Below are positions 54,632 to 64,000 of a stretch of DNA of 64,000 nucleotides, piece after piece. The notes under the pieces were generated by a model that worked only from the letters and a program-made list of their open reading frames with translations, was not told the origin of the DNA and did not search any database. Position 1 is the stretch's first letter; every line of letters starts with the position of its first letter. Position numbers and translations under genes: made by a program. Source of the DNA: Treponema sp. (lineage in GTDB: Bacteria; Spirochaetota; Spirochaetia; Treponematales; Treponemataceae); NCBI GenBank assembly GCA_024693715.1, contig JAILKS010000052.1, positions 4,214-68,213 on the forward strand, in the 5' to 3' direction.

Positions 54632-56011
54632 ATGATTAAGATACAGAAATATAATGAAGTTGAACCGGAGTTCTTTGTAGGAAGAACATTCGGTGAATCA
54701 AACGATGTGGTTAATTCTGTTTTGGAAGAAGTTCAGAAGCGTGGAGATGCCGCATTAAGACTTTACGGTAATAAATTTGATGTAAGTGTTCCAAAGAATT
54801 TTGAAGTACCGCAGGAAGAATTAAAAGCGGCAGCAGAAAAGCTTAAGTTTGAAAAACGTGATGTTTATGATGCAATAGTTTATTCTCATGACCTTGCGTT
54901 GACCTTTGCAAAGCTTCAGAGAAAATCATTTAAAGATTTTACGGAAGAGCTTGCACCCGGTCTTTTCGCATCACAGAAGACGATTCCTGTTCAGACTGCC
55001 GGCTGTTATGTTCCTGCAGGTCGTTTCCCTTTGGTTTCTACTGTAATAATGACAGTCACTCCTGCGATTGCTGCCGGTGTAAAAAATGTAATCCTTTGTA
55101 CACCGCCAAGAGTTCACCCTGATGATAGAATCGAAGCTGAAAAATCAGCTAAGGGTGTTGTTGGAAAAGCTTTTGTCGGCGGTAAGCCTTATGCAGATGA
55201 AGGAATTATGGCTGCTGCTTATATTTGCGGTGTAAATCATCTTTATGCAATCGGAGGTTCACAGGCAATCGGTGCAATGGCATATGGAACTGAATCTATT
55301 CCTAAAGTTGATGTTATTGTCGGACCTGGAAACAAATTTGTTGCTTCTGCAAAAAAAGCAGTTTTCGGTACAGTAGGAATTGATATGATTGCAGGTCCTA
55401 CAGAGGTTCTGGTAATTGCAGATGAAACTGCCGATCCTCGATGGGTAGCAGCAGATCTTCTTGCACAGGCAGAGCATGATGTTGTTGCACAGCCTGTTCT
55501 TGTAACTTTGAGCGAAGAGTTTGCTGAAAAGGTAAGTGTTGAAATTGAAAAGCAGCTTGAAACTTTAACTACAAAAACTGTCGCACGACAGAGCATTGAT
55601 AATTATGGAAGAATCATTATCGTTGATTCATTTGAGCAGGCAGTTGAGGCGGCAAATAAAAAAGCTCCTGAACATCTTGAGCTTGCAATGAAGGAAGGAA
55701 AAGAAAGAGATTCGGTAAGTAAAAAATTATATAATTATGGTTCTTTATTTACAGGCTGCAGCAGTGCAGAGGTCCTTGGTGATTATGCTGCGGGAATTAA
55801 TCATACTTTACCTACATCTTCTGCTGCCCGTTATACAGGTGGATTAAGTGTAAGAATGTTCCTTAAAACTGTAACAGAGCTTAATGCGGTTGAAGGGGCT
55901 GCCGGAACTTTGAGAAGTGCCGCTGCTGCAGGCTTCTTAGGAGATGCAGAAGGACTTGCCGGTCATTCATATGCTGCAAGAATCAGAATGGAAAAGAAGG
56001 CAAAAAAATGA
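54632..56011 (+). CDS. hisD: Histidinol dehydrogenase
   Basis: GCYVPAG, IGGSQAIGAMAYGTE, IVGPGN, DMIAGPTE, LAQAEHD, APEHL, GDYAAGINHTLPT. Confidence 0.96.
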   Translation: MIKIQKYNEVEPEFFVGRTFGESNDVVNSVLEEVQKRGDAALRLYGNKFDVSVPKNFEVPQEELKAAAEKLKFEKRDVYDAIVYSHDLALTFAKLQRKSFKDFTEELAPGLFASQKTIPVQTAGCYVPAGRFPLVSTVIMTVTPAIAAGVKNVILCTPPRVHPDDRIEAEKSAKGVVGKAFVGGKPYADEGIMAAAYICGVNHLYAIGGSQAIGAMAYGTESIPKVDVIVGPGNKFVASAKKAVFGTVGIDMIAGPTEVLVIADETADPRWVAADLLAQAEHDVVAQPVLVTLSEEFAEKVSVEIEKQLETLTTKTVARQSIDNYGRIIIVDSFEQAVEAANKKAPEHLELAMKEGKERDSVSKKLYNYGSLFTGCSSAEVLGDYAAGINHTLPTSSAARYTGGLSVRMFLKTVTELNAVEGAAGTLRSAAAAGFLGDAEGLAGHSYAARIRMEKKAKK

Positions 56012-56583
56012 TTTTAAGAGTTTCTAAGCTTGGTGAGGATATTTTAAGACAAGTTGCACAGCCAGTTCAGGAAGTTAATGATGAAATTCGTCAGCTCGCT
56101 CAGGATATGTTCGAAACCATGATTGAATATGATGGCGTCGGGCTTGCCTGTCCGCAGGTTGGAAAAAGTCTTAGAATGTTTGTTGTTATTGCAGATGATG
56201 ATGTAAGACGTGTTTTTATTAATCCGCAGATAATTAAAACTTCAAGTGAAGTCAGTGATTATGATGAAGGCTGTCTTAGTATTCCTCAGGTGTATGAAAC
56301 AATTACACGACCGGTTAAGGTAACTGTTCAGGCAATGAACGAAAACGGAAAGGTTTTTACTCTTGATGCAGACGGGCTTCTTGCAAGAATCATCCAGCAT
56401 GAATATGATCATCTTGAAGGAATCCTTTACATAGATCGTGGTGATAAAGATTTTGCAGAAAAGACTACTGCTCAATTTAAAAAACGTCTTGAACGTTCAA
56501 AGCAGAAGGAAAAAGAAAAGGCCCTGAAAGCTCAAAGGATTGCAGCTAAAATTGCGGCAAAAGAAGCAAAGAAAACTAAATAA
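56008..56583 (+). CDS. def: Peptide deformylase
   Basis: GVGLACPQVG, EGCLS, HEYDH. Confidence 0.97.
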   Translation: MILRVSKLGEDILRQVAQPVQEVNDEIRQLAQDMFETMIEYDGVGLACPQVGKSLRMFVVIADDDVRRVFINPQIIKTSSEVSDYDEGCLSIPQVYETITRPVKVTVQAMNENGKVFTLDADGLLARIIQHEYDHLEGILYIDRGDKDFAEKTTAQFKKRLERSKQKEKEKALKAQRIAAKIAAKEAKKTK

Positions 56584-56589
56584 AAATAA

Positions 56590-57561
56590 ATGAAAATTAT
56601 ATATGCAGGAAGCCCTGAGGCGGCGAAAGAAACATTACAGATTCTCATTGAAAATCAGAATAAATATGGTTTTGAAGTTGCCGGAGTTTTATCTAATCCT
56701 CCGTCGGCACAGGGACGGCATAAAGAATTGATTAATACTCCTGTTGCCAATCTTGCCCTGGAAAATAATCTTCCGCTTTTTACTTTTGAACATTTAGATT
56801 CAGCTGCACGCGAACAGATTTTACCTCTCGGTGCAGATTTACTTGTTTGTTTTGCGTATGGTCATATTTTTGGACCTAAATTTCTTGAGATGTTTAAAAT
56901 GGGCGGTATTAATCTTCATCCTTCGTTATTGCCGAAATATCGTGGTTGTACTCCAATTCCTGCAGCAATTTTGAATAGAGATAAAGAAACCGGTTTTACA
57001 GTGCAAAGACTTTCGCTTAAAATGGATGAGGGAGAGATTCTTGCCCAGAAGAAGGTAATTCTTAATGGGACAGAAACAGCAGATTCTCTTTTGCATGATG
57101 CGGCGGTTGAAGGTGCACAGCTGATTTTAGATATTATCAGGGAAGCGTCTGTAAAGGGAAAGCTTGAAAAAGGGGTTTCTCAAAAAGGCGATTCGTCATA
57201 TACTGTACAAATAACAAAAGAAGATGCACGTATTAACTGGAATAATTGTGCAGTTGATATTGAAGCAAAAATCAGGGCATATTATTCTGAACCATGCTGC
57301 TGGACTATATATGAAGGTCAGCCGTTGAAAATTCATCAGTCTAAGGTTGTTGAAAACATTACGGATGATTATGAAGCTGAACCTTCGGGAAAAGTTCTTC
57401 TTTTTAGTAAAAGTGAAGGAATCTTCGTAAAAACCGGAAACGGGATTTTGAGTCTTTTGACCTTGCAGAAGCAGGGAAAAAAGGCTATGAATTATAAAGA
57501 CTTTATGAATGGTGCCAGAGATTTTATTGGTACTGTTTTAGGAGCAAATGATGAAATTTAA
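56590..57561 (+). CDS. fmt: Methionyl-tRNA formyltransferase
   Basis: IIYAGSP, INLHPSLLPKYRG, MDEG, IRAY motifs; follows def. Confidence 0.95.
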   Translation: MKIIYAGSPEAAKETLQILIENQNKYGFEVAGVLSNPPSAQGRHKELINTPVANLALENNLPLFTFEHLDSAAREQILPLGADLLVCFAYGHIFGPKFLEMFKMGGINLHPSLLPKYRGCTPIPAAILNRDKETGFTVQRLSLKMDEGEILAQKKVILNGTETADSLLHDAAVEGAQLILDIIREASVKGKLEKGVSQKGDSSYTVQITKEDARINWNNCAVDIEAKIRAYYSEPCCWTIYEGQPLKIHQSKVVENITDDYEAEPSGKVLLFSKSEGIFVKTGNGILSLLTLQKQGKKAMNYKDFMNGARDFIGTVLGANDEI

Positions 57562-58567
57562 TGAAAACAAAAAGAAAGAAAGAAAATTAAAGAAGCTTTC
57601 AAGAATTAATATTGAAGAGAATTATGAAAAAGTTCAGTCAAATGTACCTGCATTATTCTGGGTATGTTTTTCTGCTTTTTTAGTAATGATAGTATTCTGC
57701 TGCGGAGTTTTCTTTGCAAAGGTTAAAGGCTCTGAAAAGGTTCTTGTTCCTAATGTAGTTGGAATGCAGCTTGAAGATGCCTTGATTGAAATGCAGGTAA
57801 ATCGTCTTTATCCGAACATCACGCTTCGTTTTTCCGAAGATGGAGTTCCTAAAGGAACAGTAATGGAACAGAATCCTAAGGCAGATTCTCTTGTAAAAGC
57901 AAACCGTTATGTTGATTTAGTTATAAGTCGTGGAGCAGAAAAAGAAGTTGTGCAGGATGTTGTCGGAAAACTTTATGAACAGATTGAATCTACTGAAAAC
58001 ATCATTAAAGCAGAACCTCAGTATATAATTAATTCAAAGCCGGCAGGTACAATCCTTGCCCAATATCCCCGGAGCGGATACAAAGTCTCAAGTCCTGTTC
58101 AATTAATGACAGTTGTAAGCTATGGTCCTGAAGCAGAAAAAGCACAGGTGCCTGATGTAACAGGAATGACAGTTACAGATCTTATTGAAGAAATAAAGCA
58201 GTCAAATGTTGTTTTTAATGTTTCTGCTCATTTTGCAAATGAAAATGAAGAATTTGGAAGAGTTATTTCACAGACTGTAAAGCCGTCTTCAGTTGTTAAT
58301 AAATATTCACGTGTTGATGTAGAACTTGCACTTCCAAAGGAATTACAGGAAAACAACAGATATGGTATTTTTTCCAGAACACTGGAGGAATATCCTTTTC
58401 CGGTTGATATGAAGCTTGTTTTTAAGGCATCTGACGGAACTGAAACAGAATTGCTTTCTTTCAATCATCCTGGTGGAAGCCTGACTATTCCATATATACT
58501 TCCTCCTGGAGCAACAATCATGCTTTTAGTACATGATAGTGTAATAGAAAAAGAAATAGTAGGATAA
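57548..58567 (+). CDS. Membrane-anchored PASTA-repeat protein without kinase domain
   Basis: One TM; VPNVVGM..QNPK, DVVGK..QYPR and VPDVTGM..QTVKP PASTA units. Confidence 0.88.
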   Translation: MMKFNENKKKERKLKKLSRINIEENYEKVQSNVPALFWVCFSAFLVMIVFCCGVFFAKVKGSEKVLVPNVVGMQLEDALIEMQVNRLYPNITLRFSEDGVPKGTVMEQNPKADSLVKANRYVDLVISRGAEKEVVQDVVGKLYEQIESTENIIKAEPQYIINSKPAGTILAQYPRSGYKVSSPVQLMTVVSYGPEAEKAQVPDVTGMTVTDLIEEIKQSNVVFNVSAHFANENEEFGRVISQTVKPSSVVNKYSRVDVELALPKELQENNRYGIFSRTLEEYPFPVDMKLVFKASDGTETELLSFNHPGGSLTIPYILPPGATIMLLVHDSVIEKEIVG

Positions 58568-58569
58568 AT

Positions 58570-60066
58570 ATGAGTCAGCCGCTTGTTTGTATGACTTTGA
58601 CAGGACATACTCTTGCAGAGAATGTTCAGATTGTCAGAAAATACGAGAAATTTATCGATGTTGTTGAATTACGTGTTGATTATCTTGATGAAGATGAACA
58701 GCTTATCGTAAGGCGTTTTCCATCGATGATAAGACTCCCTTGTATTCTGACAATTCGAAGGGATATAGACGGCGGACTTTTTAACGGCGGTGAATTTGCG
58801 AGGACAAATCTTTTTGGAAGGGCACTTGCCTTTGCAAATCAGGATAGAGCCAAGAATTTTGCTTACGTAGATTTTGAAGAAGATTTTAATATTCCGAGTA
58901 TTCAGGATTCGGCACTTGCATTCGGTGTAAAAATAATCAGAAGTTATCATAATATGAAGGAACCTGTTTATAATCTTAAGGAATTATGCGACAGGATGAG
59001 AAAAACAGGCTACGAGATTCCTAAAATTGCTTTTAAACCGAGAAAGCTTTCGGATGTTCTGAATCTATTTACAGAAGGACAGGCAATGAAGGAATATGAT
59101 CATATTCTTTGTGCAATGGGTGCAGAAGGGCTGCCGTCAAGAATTCTTTCTGCTTTGTCTGATTCTTATCTGACATATACATCTCCTGAAGAAATGCAGG
59201 GGAATGTTTCAAATCTTGGACATTTAGATCCGATTACATTAAATAATCTTTATAATTTTAAATCAATTTCTGAAGAAACAGACATTTATGGAATTACCGG
59301 CTGGCCAATGGCAAAAACATCAAGCCCTGAAATTCATAATTCAGGATTTAAAAATCATAATCTTGACAGTGTTTTTATTCCTGTAAGGTCGCCGCTTGTT
59401 TCAGAAGCGTTGAATTTTTCAGAAAAAATCGGAATTAAAGGTTTATCTGTAACGACTCCACATAAGGAATCAGTTTTATTTTATGTAAATAATCAGACAC
59501 CGGAAGTACAACAGATAGGCGCCTGCAATACTGTAATCAGAAAGGATAATAAATGGATTGCCTATAATACAGATGCTTATGGTTTTAAACGTGCTCTTGA
59601 AGAATTTATTGGTGTCAAAAAATATAAAAAAAAGGTTGCAGTTATAGGAGCGGGTGGAGCGGCAAAGGCTGTATGTTATGTTTTGAAGCAGATGGGCGCA
59701 AAGGTATGTATTTTTAATCGTTCGGTTGAGCATGCACGCACAATTGCAGAAAAATTTTATTTTAAGTACAGTTCTCTTAATGTAGATTGCATTGAAAAGC
59801 TTCACGAATATTCAAATCTTATTATTCAGACAACTCCGGTTGGAATGAACTTTGATGCAGTTTCTGAAGAAATAGACCCGATTCCTTTTTATAGCTTTGA
59901 CGGCACCGAATTACTTTTTGATCTTATTTATAAACCTGCAATAACTCCTTTGATGAAGAGAGCATCGCTTGCCGGTTGCAGGGTTTGTAATGGATATAAA
60001 ATGCTTGAATATCAGGCTTATGAACAATTTAAATTATTTACGGGAATAAATTATGAATCAAACTGA
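58570..60066 (+). CDS. aroD/aroE: Bifunctional type I 3-dehydroquinate dehydratase / shikimate dehydrogenase
   Basis: VELRVD, LTIRR..DGG, SYHN, KIA (AroD); SPEIHN, SVTTPHK, GACNT, NTDAYG, GAGGAA, DLIYKP (AroE). Confidence 0.93.
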   Translation: MSQPLVCMTLTGHTLAENVQIVRKYEKFIDVVELRVDYLDEDEQLIVRRFPSMIRLPCILTIRRDIDGGLFNGGEFARTNLFGRALAFANQDRAKNFAYVDFEEDFNIPSIQDSALAFGVKIIRSYHNMKEPVYNLKELCDRMRKTGYEIPKIAFKPRKLSDVLNLFTEGQAMKEYDHILCAMGAEGLPSRILSALSDSYLTYTSPEEMQGNVSNLGHLDPITLNNLYNFKSISEETDIYGITGWPMAKTSSPEIHNSGFKNHNLDSVFIPVRSPLVSEALNFSEKIGIKGLSVTTPHKESVLFYVNNQTPEVQQIGACNTVIRKDNKWIAYNTDAYGFKRALEEFIGVKKYKKKVAVIGAGGAAKAVCYVLKQMGAKVCIFNRSVEHARTIAEKFYFKYSSLNVDCIEKLHEYSNLIIQTTPVGMNFDAVSEEIDPIPFYSFDGTELLFDLIYKPAITPLMKRASLAGCRVCNGYKMLEYQAYEQFKLFTGINYESN

Positions 60067-60775
60067 ACAGAAAATTCTTGCTGCAAATACTGCAGTTGAT
60101 ACATTAATTGAAAAAGGCTTGATTTTCAGCGGAATGAAAATAGGTCTTGGAACAGGTTCTACTGCAATGCCTGCTGTAAAACGACTTGCTGAACATATTA
60201 ATAAAGGTGATTTAAAAGATATCAAGGCTGTAGTAACCAGCTTTCAGACACAGAATGCCTGTCAGGATTACGGTATTCCTGTTTATTCTATGAATGATAA
60301 AATAATAAATGGTCAACTTGATCTTGCGATAGACGGTGCAGATGAGGTAACTCCTGAATGTTTTTGCATTAAAGGCGGCGGTGGTGCTCATGTCCGTGAA
60401 AAAATAGTTGAATATAATTCAAAGATTTTTGTAGTAGTTGCAGATTCCTCTAAGGCTGTAGAAACACTTGGTACGAAATTTCCTGTTCCTGTTGAAATTA
60501 TCGGTGAAGCAAGAGTCCCTGTAACAAATGCCTTGAACGCACTTGGGGCCGATTGTGTTCTTCGTGAAGGGGTTAGAAAATGTGGACCTGTTATTACAGA
60601 CAACGGAAATCAAATTCTTGACTGTACATGGAAATCACCGATAGATGCAGTTCAGATGGAAGATAAAATTAATTCGATTGCCGGTGTAGTTGAAAACGGT
60701 CTTTTTTCAAAAAATAAACCAATTGTTTTCATTGCAAAAGAAGACGGTAAAGTTGAAATCAGAAATTTAAAGTAA
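60053..60775 (+). CDS. rpiA: Ribose-5-phosphate isomerase A
   Basis: GLGTGST, DGADEV, KGGGGA..REKIV, VITDNGN, GVVENGLF. Confidence 0.96.
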   Translation: MNQTEQKILAANTAVDTLIEKGLIFSGMKIGLGTGSTAMPAVKRLAEHINKGDLKDIKAVVTSFQTQNACQDYGIPVYSMNDKIINGQLDLAIDGADEVTPECFCIKGGGGAHVREKIVEYNSKIFVVVADSSKAVETLGTKFPVPVEIIGEARVPVTNALNALGADCVLREGVRKCGPVITDNGNQILDCTWKSPIDAVQMEDKINSIAGVVENGLFSKNKPIVFIAKEDGKVEIRNLK

Positions 60776-60776
60776 G

Positions 60777-62144
60777 ATGTTTAATCCGTTTAGTGAAGAA
60801 CTTGCACGTCATTATTGTCTTGATTTGATTGATGATATTGAAAATGGTGCGCTTATACTTAAGCAGATATCACGAATCAGTTATGAAAGAATGAATCAGG
60901 GAATAATGACAGGCTCTCTTGTATGCTGGGACAGTTCCAGTAAAAAGAGGATTGTCCTTCATGCTGTAAGTGGAATCTCAAAGCAGATTTATACAAAGAA
61001 ATCAAAAAGTGTTTATGTAAAAAACGGTATAAAACATATTATTGTACAACCGGTTGCCAGTGGAAAAAAAATAACACGCGCATTACGAAAAAATGACAGA
61101 AGGATTCATCTTCTCACCGATAAAATCAACAGTTGTGAAGCAGTACAGAAAAAAAATGTAGAAAAAATCAGTTTGATGAATATCCGGAAAAGATTATGTG
61201 ATGAATCATTAAAAAAAGTTTTTTCACTTTATAAATTTCATTGTGCCGGTAAAAAAACAATCACCTTGAATCAGATTATAAAGCAAAGAAAAGCTCTGGT
61301 GCCAACCGGAACAGGAGATTGCTGTGAGCCAAAGCTGTTGAATTATGCATTTAAGAAAAATCTTGAAATAATCAGTATGGCACAGGTCTTTTATGATTCA
61401 GAAAAGAAAATGGAATCTGTTGAGCCATGCGATGAACGCTGTGGAATTCTTTTTCCATATCTTCTTGGCGTCGAAATTGTTTATCAGGATTCTGCAATTG
61501 TTGTTGTAAATAAACCGTCCGGATTACTGTCTGTGCGTGGAAAAAAACAAAAGGATTGTGTCGAACAGCGTATCATAAATATCTATAAGGATTGCATTGA
61601 GCAGTGTGCTGTTCATCGTCTTGATATGGAAACTTCTGGACTTCTGGTGCTTGCAAGAACAAAGGATGCTCATAGAGCCTTGAACATTGAATTTATGAAT
61701 TCACTTGTAAAGAAAAAATACATTGCAGTTCTTGACGGGATTCTTGAAAGAACAGATGAAAAATATAAAACACTTGAGAGCGGCAGATTTGAATTACCTT
61801 TCCGGCTTGATGTAAATAATCGTCCGCATCAGATTTATGATGAAAAAGACGGAAAAAACGGGATTACGTTATGGCAGAAGGATGGAATTGCCTGTGTAAC
61901 TGTTGACGGTAATAAAAAAATCAGGGGTTCAAAAATCATTTTTACACCGCTGACCGGTCGTACACATCAGCTCAGGCTTGCAAGTGCAGATTCACACGGT
62001 TTTAATCTTCCTATAATGGGAGATTCTCTTTATGGAAAGTGTGAAAAAAATCAAAGGCTCATGCTTCATGCCTCTGAAATTGAATTTTTGCATCCTGTCT
62101 CAGGGCAGAAGATGATTTTTAAAAAGGATTTTATTTTCAGTTAG
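60777..62144 (+). CDS. RluA-family pseudouridine synthase with N-terminal deaminase-like domain (TrcP-like)
   Basis: C-terminal VVVNKPSGL, HRLD, GRTHQLR, GDSLYG, LMLHA. N-terminal GTGDCCEPKLL...PCDERC matches CxE + PCxxxC zinc-deaminase motifs. Confidence 0.85.
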   Translation: MFNPFSEELARHYCLDLIDDIENGALILKQISRISYERMNQGIMTGSLVCWDSSSKKRIVLHAVSGISKQIYTKKSKSVYVKNGIKHIIVQPVASGKKITRALRKNDRRIHLLTDKINSCEAVQKKNVEKISLMNIRKRLCDESLKKVFSLYKFHCAGKKTITLNQIIKQRKALVPTGTGDCCEPKLLNYAFKKNLEIISMAQVFYDSEKKMESVEPCDERCGILFPYLLGVEIVYQDSAIVVVNKPSGLLSVRGKKQKDCVEQRIINIYKDCIEQCAVHRLDMETSGLLVLARTKDAHRALNIEFMNSLVKKKYIAVLDGILERTDEKYKTLESGRFELPFRLDVNNRPHQIYDEKDGKNGITLWQKDGIACVTVDGNKKIRGSKIIFTPLTGRTHQLRLASADSHGFNLPIMGDSLYGKCEKNQRLMLHASEIEFLHPVSGQKMIFKKDFIFS

Positions 62145-63984
62145 CTTTTTTCTGGTAGCTTGCCTTTACTGCTTCTACGAAAAGACTGTTCTGGTCACTT
62201 CGTTCCGGAACAGAGAACATCGGTTTACCGTCATTCGGCGATATTCTGTAAATGTTCATTGGATCAGTTGTATATGCAGGACTTCCAGGATTGTTTATCC
62301 ACCAGTCTAAAACTGATACAAAGCAAAGGGTATATTTCAGAAGATTTGCATTTGTTGCATTTGTCGTCGCAGTTTTATTCTGCGCTCCAAGAAGAACATC
62401 AAGTCGTTTTGAAACTTCATTCTGAATGTCAAATTTATAATGATCCCATGGATTTTCAAGAAGGGGTACTGTTCCTTTTGTTGCTGCAGCCTGGTCACAT
62501 TGTTTAACTACAATCGTAAGGTATTTTCTTGCAAAATCTGTGCGGTGGAACATCGGACGGTATTTACTTTCATCTGAAGGACGTTCCAGAAGAAGCTGGT
62601 CAAATTTGAAGTTAGGCAAAAAGTGATAGGTTGTCTGCCATAAAAGGGAAGTGAGTATTTTTTTACCGAGCATTGATTTTTCAAAATCTGCCTGTGAATA
62701 AACTGAATTAGTGAAGTTTGTCAGAGGCTGGCAGTAAAGACGTTCAAAGGTGTCTTCTCTGTATGCCGACCATTCATCAAGAATATCCTGGATAGTATCG
62801 GCATCATTTTTTGCACCGTCTGCCTTTGCAAATTTCATGTTACGACAGCTCTGGAAGCAGTCTTCGATAATTCTTTGAAGGACTATCACTACTTGAAGAG
62901 GGTTTTCCGGTGAAAGACAGTTGAAGCCGTCTGCAAATTTATACAGAGGCTGGAAGTAAGGAAATAAATCAGGGTGTTCATCAAGACGGTCAAAGCCTGC
63001 TTCAGGGAACATTTGATTTAATAGCTTCAGTCCTGTTATTACCGATGAATCTTTTGCACCCTTTGTCGGAGCAGCAGGCTTTGCTTTATCTTCTTTTTGT
63101 GACGATTCATCCTTTTCCTTATCCGGAAGAAGAAGATCGAATTTATGAAGTCCGGTAAATTTCAAGATTTCGGCAACCTTTGCAGAGAAGAAATCAGGAT
63201 AATCCTCATAAGTATCAGAGCACATCCTCATTAAAATAGGATAGAATTTTTTGATTACTTCAGTATCAATGTAAAGCCATTCAGTAATTGCCTGTTTTGC
63301 CATTGTAGAAAGCTTTTCTTTCGGTGAGTCCGGATAGTTTACCTCATCATTGTAGATTTCCTTGATGAGCTTAGGAATCTTATTGTTTCCGTAATAGTAG
63401 ATAGTCATCAAAGGCTTGTATACAAGTCGCATAAGTTGTGTCAGATCACAAAGAAGCATTGGCTGCTGAACCTGTTTGAGTGATATATATTCTGTCTTGA
63501 TGCCTGACATTCCCCATTCAGCAATCATTCTTAAAAATTTAAATTTTGCTTCAGAACCGTTAACGATTTTAGATTTGTATGTTGCCGGAGCAATCTGAAT
63601 TAAAGTTTTTGTTACGGTGATAAAAGCTTCCATGTGCTCAATTGCTTTTTTAATTGTGTAGTCATAGAACGAATAGTTGATTTTTTCAGTTCCGTTTTTC
63701 TGAAGGGCACGAAGGAAATTAAAAAATCCGTAGTTTGGTTTGATTTTATATTCAGGCGACATCATAACCTTATCGAACATGTTATTTACTTTTTTAGGAA
63801 TGTTCGGTAAATCTTCACGAATATGACGTCTGGCAGGAGTTACAGATGGTTTTGAGGAGCTTGAGGAACCTGATGATGAAGATGAACTTGTTGTAGTTCT
63901 GACAAGTCTTCCGCTGTTATTATGGTTTCCATTGCCGCTGCTTGAACGTTCGTACATTACTTCACCGCCAAGCTTTTTTGCCAT
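62137..63984 (-). CDS. Conserved-looking hypothetical protein (helical); true start uncertain
   Basis: 615-aa ORF with a Ser-rich N-terminus. The frame stays open to the window edge upstream of ATG 63984, so the gene may be 5'-truncated here. Confidence 0.7.
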   Translation of the reverse strand: MAKKLGGEVMYERSSSGNGNHNNSGRLVRTTTSSSSSSGSSSSSKPSVTPARRHIREDLPNIPKKVNNMFDKVMMSPEYKIKPNYGFFNFLRALQKNGTEKINYSFYDYTIKKAIEHMEAFITVTKTLIQIAPATYKSKIVNGSEAKFKFLRMIAEWGMSGIKTEYISLKQVQQPMLLCDLTQLMRLVYKPLMTIYYYGNNKIPKLIKEIYNDEVNYPDSPKEKLSTMAKQAITEWLYIDTEVIKKFYPILMRMCSDTYEDYPDFFSAKVAEILKFTGLHKFDLLLPDKEKDESSQKEDKAKPAAPTKGAKDSSVITGLKLLNQMFPEAGFDRLDEHPDLFPYFQPLYKFADGFNCLSPENPLQVVIVLQRIIEDCFQSCRNMKFAKADGAKNDADTIQDILDEWSAYREDTFERLYCQPLTNFTNSVYSQADFEKSMLGKKILTSLLWQTTYHFLPNFKFDQLLLERPSDESKYRPMFHRTDFARKYLTIVVKQCDQAAATKGTVPLLENPWDHYKFDIQNEVSKRLDVLLGAQNKTATTNATNANLLKYTLCFVSVLDWWINNPGSPAYTTDPMNIYRISPNDGKPMFSVPERSDQNSLFVEAVKASYQKKAN

Positions 63985-64000
63985 TACAGCCGCTTCTTTT

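Overview
AT-rich bacterial chromosome segment, most consistent with a gut/rumen-type Treponema (Spirochaetota). The support is gene content and order: polA-coaE-SPOR, def-fmt-PASTA, hflK-hflC, spirochaete-type ParE/ParC, a stand-alone EF-G paralogue, a Maf/DUF115 protein and many MKK-type lipoprotein/OMP signal peptides. Most of the window is housekeeping: gap, parE/yigZ/parC, nfo, polA, SulP, PBP/lepB, M23-LysM, fusA paralogue, leuB, uraA, a hisA-hisIE fusion, hisD, def, fmt, an aroD-aroE fusion, rpiA and tRNA-Leu(GAG). Most notable non-routine items: (1) an RluA-family pseudouridine synthase fused to a CxE...PCxxxC deaminase-like domain, i.e. a compact TrcP-like C-to-pseudouridine tRNA editor; (2) a membrane HD-GYP phosphodiesterase whose periplasmic sensor looks like a CBM2 carbohydrate-binding module, divergent from an MCP; (3) a small AT-rich island (about 16.9-18.7 kb) with a 21-aa-repeat secreted protein frameshifted in a T11 tract of its signal peptide, an orphan second C-terminus after its stop codon, and a lone HNH-like gene; (4) two ~100-nt highly structured intergenic inserts flanked by duplicated host sequence; (5) a ydjI/G/H-like SPFH-zinc ribbon-TPM cluster without pspA; (6) candidate leaderless mRNAs. 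No CRISPR array, rRNA, transposase, integrase or reverse transcriptase was seen. All family calls are from motif recognition by eye, not database searches.
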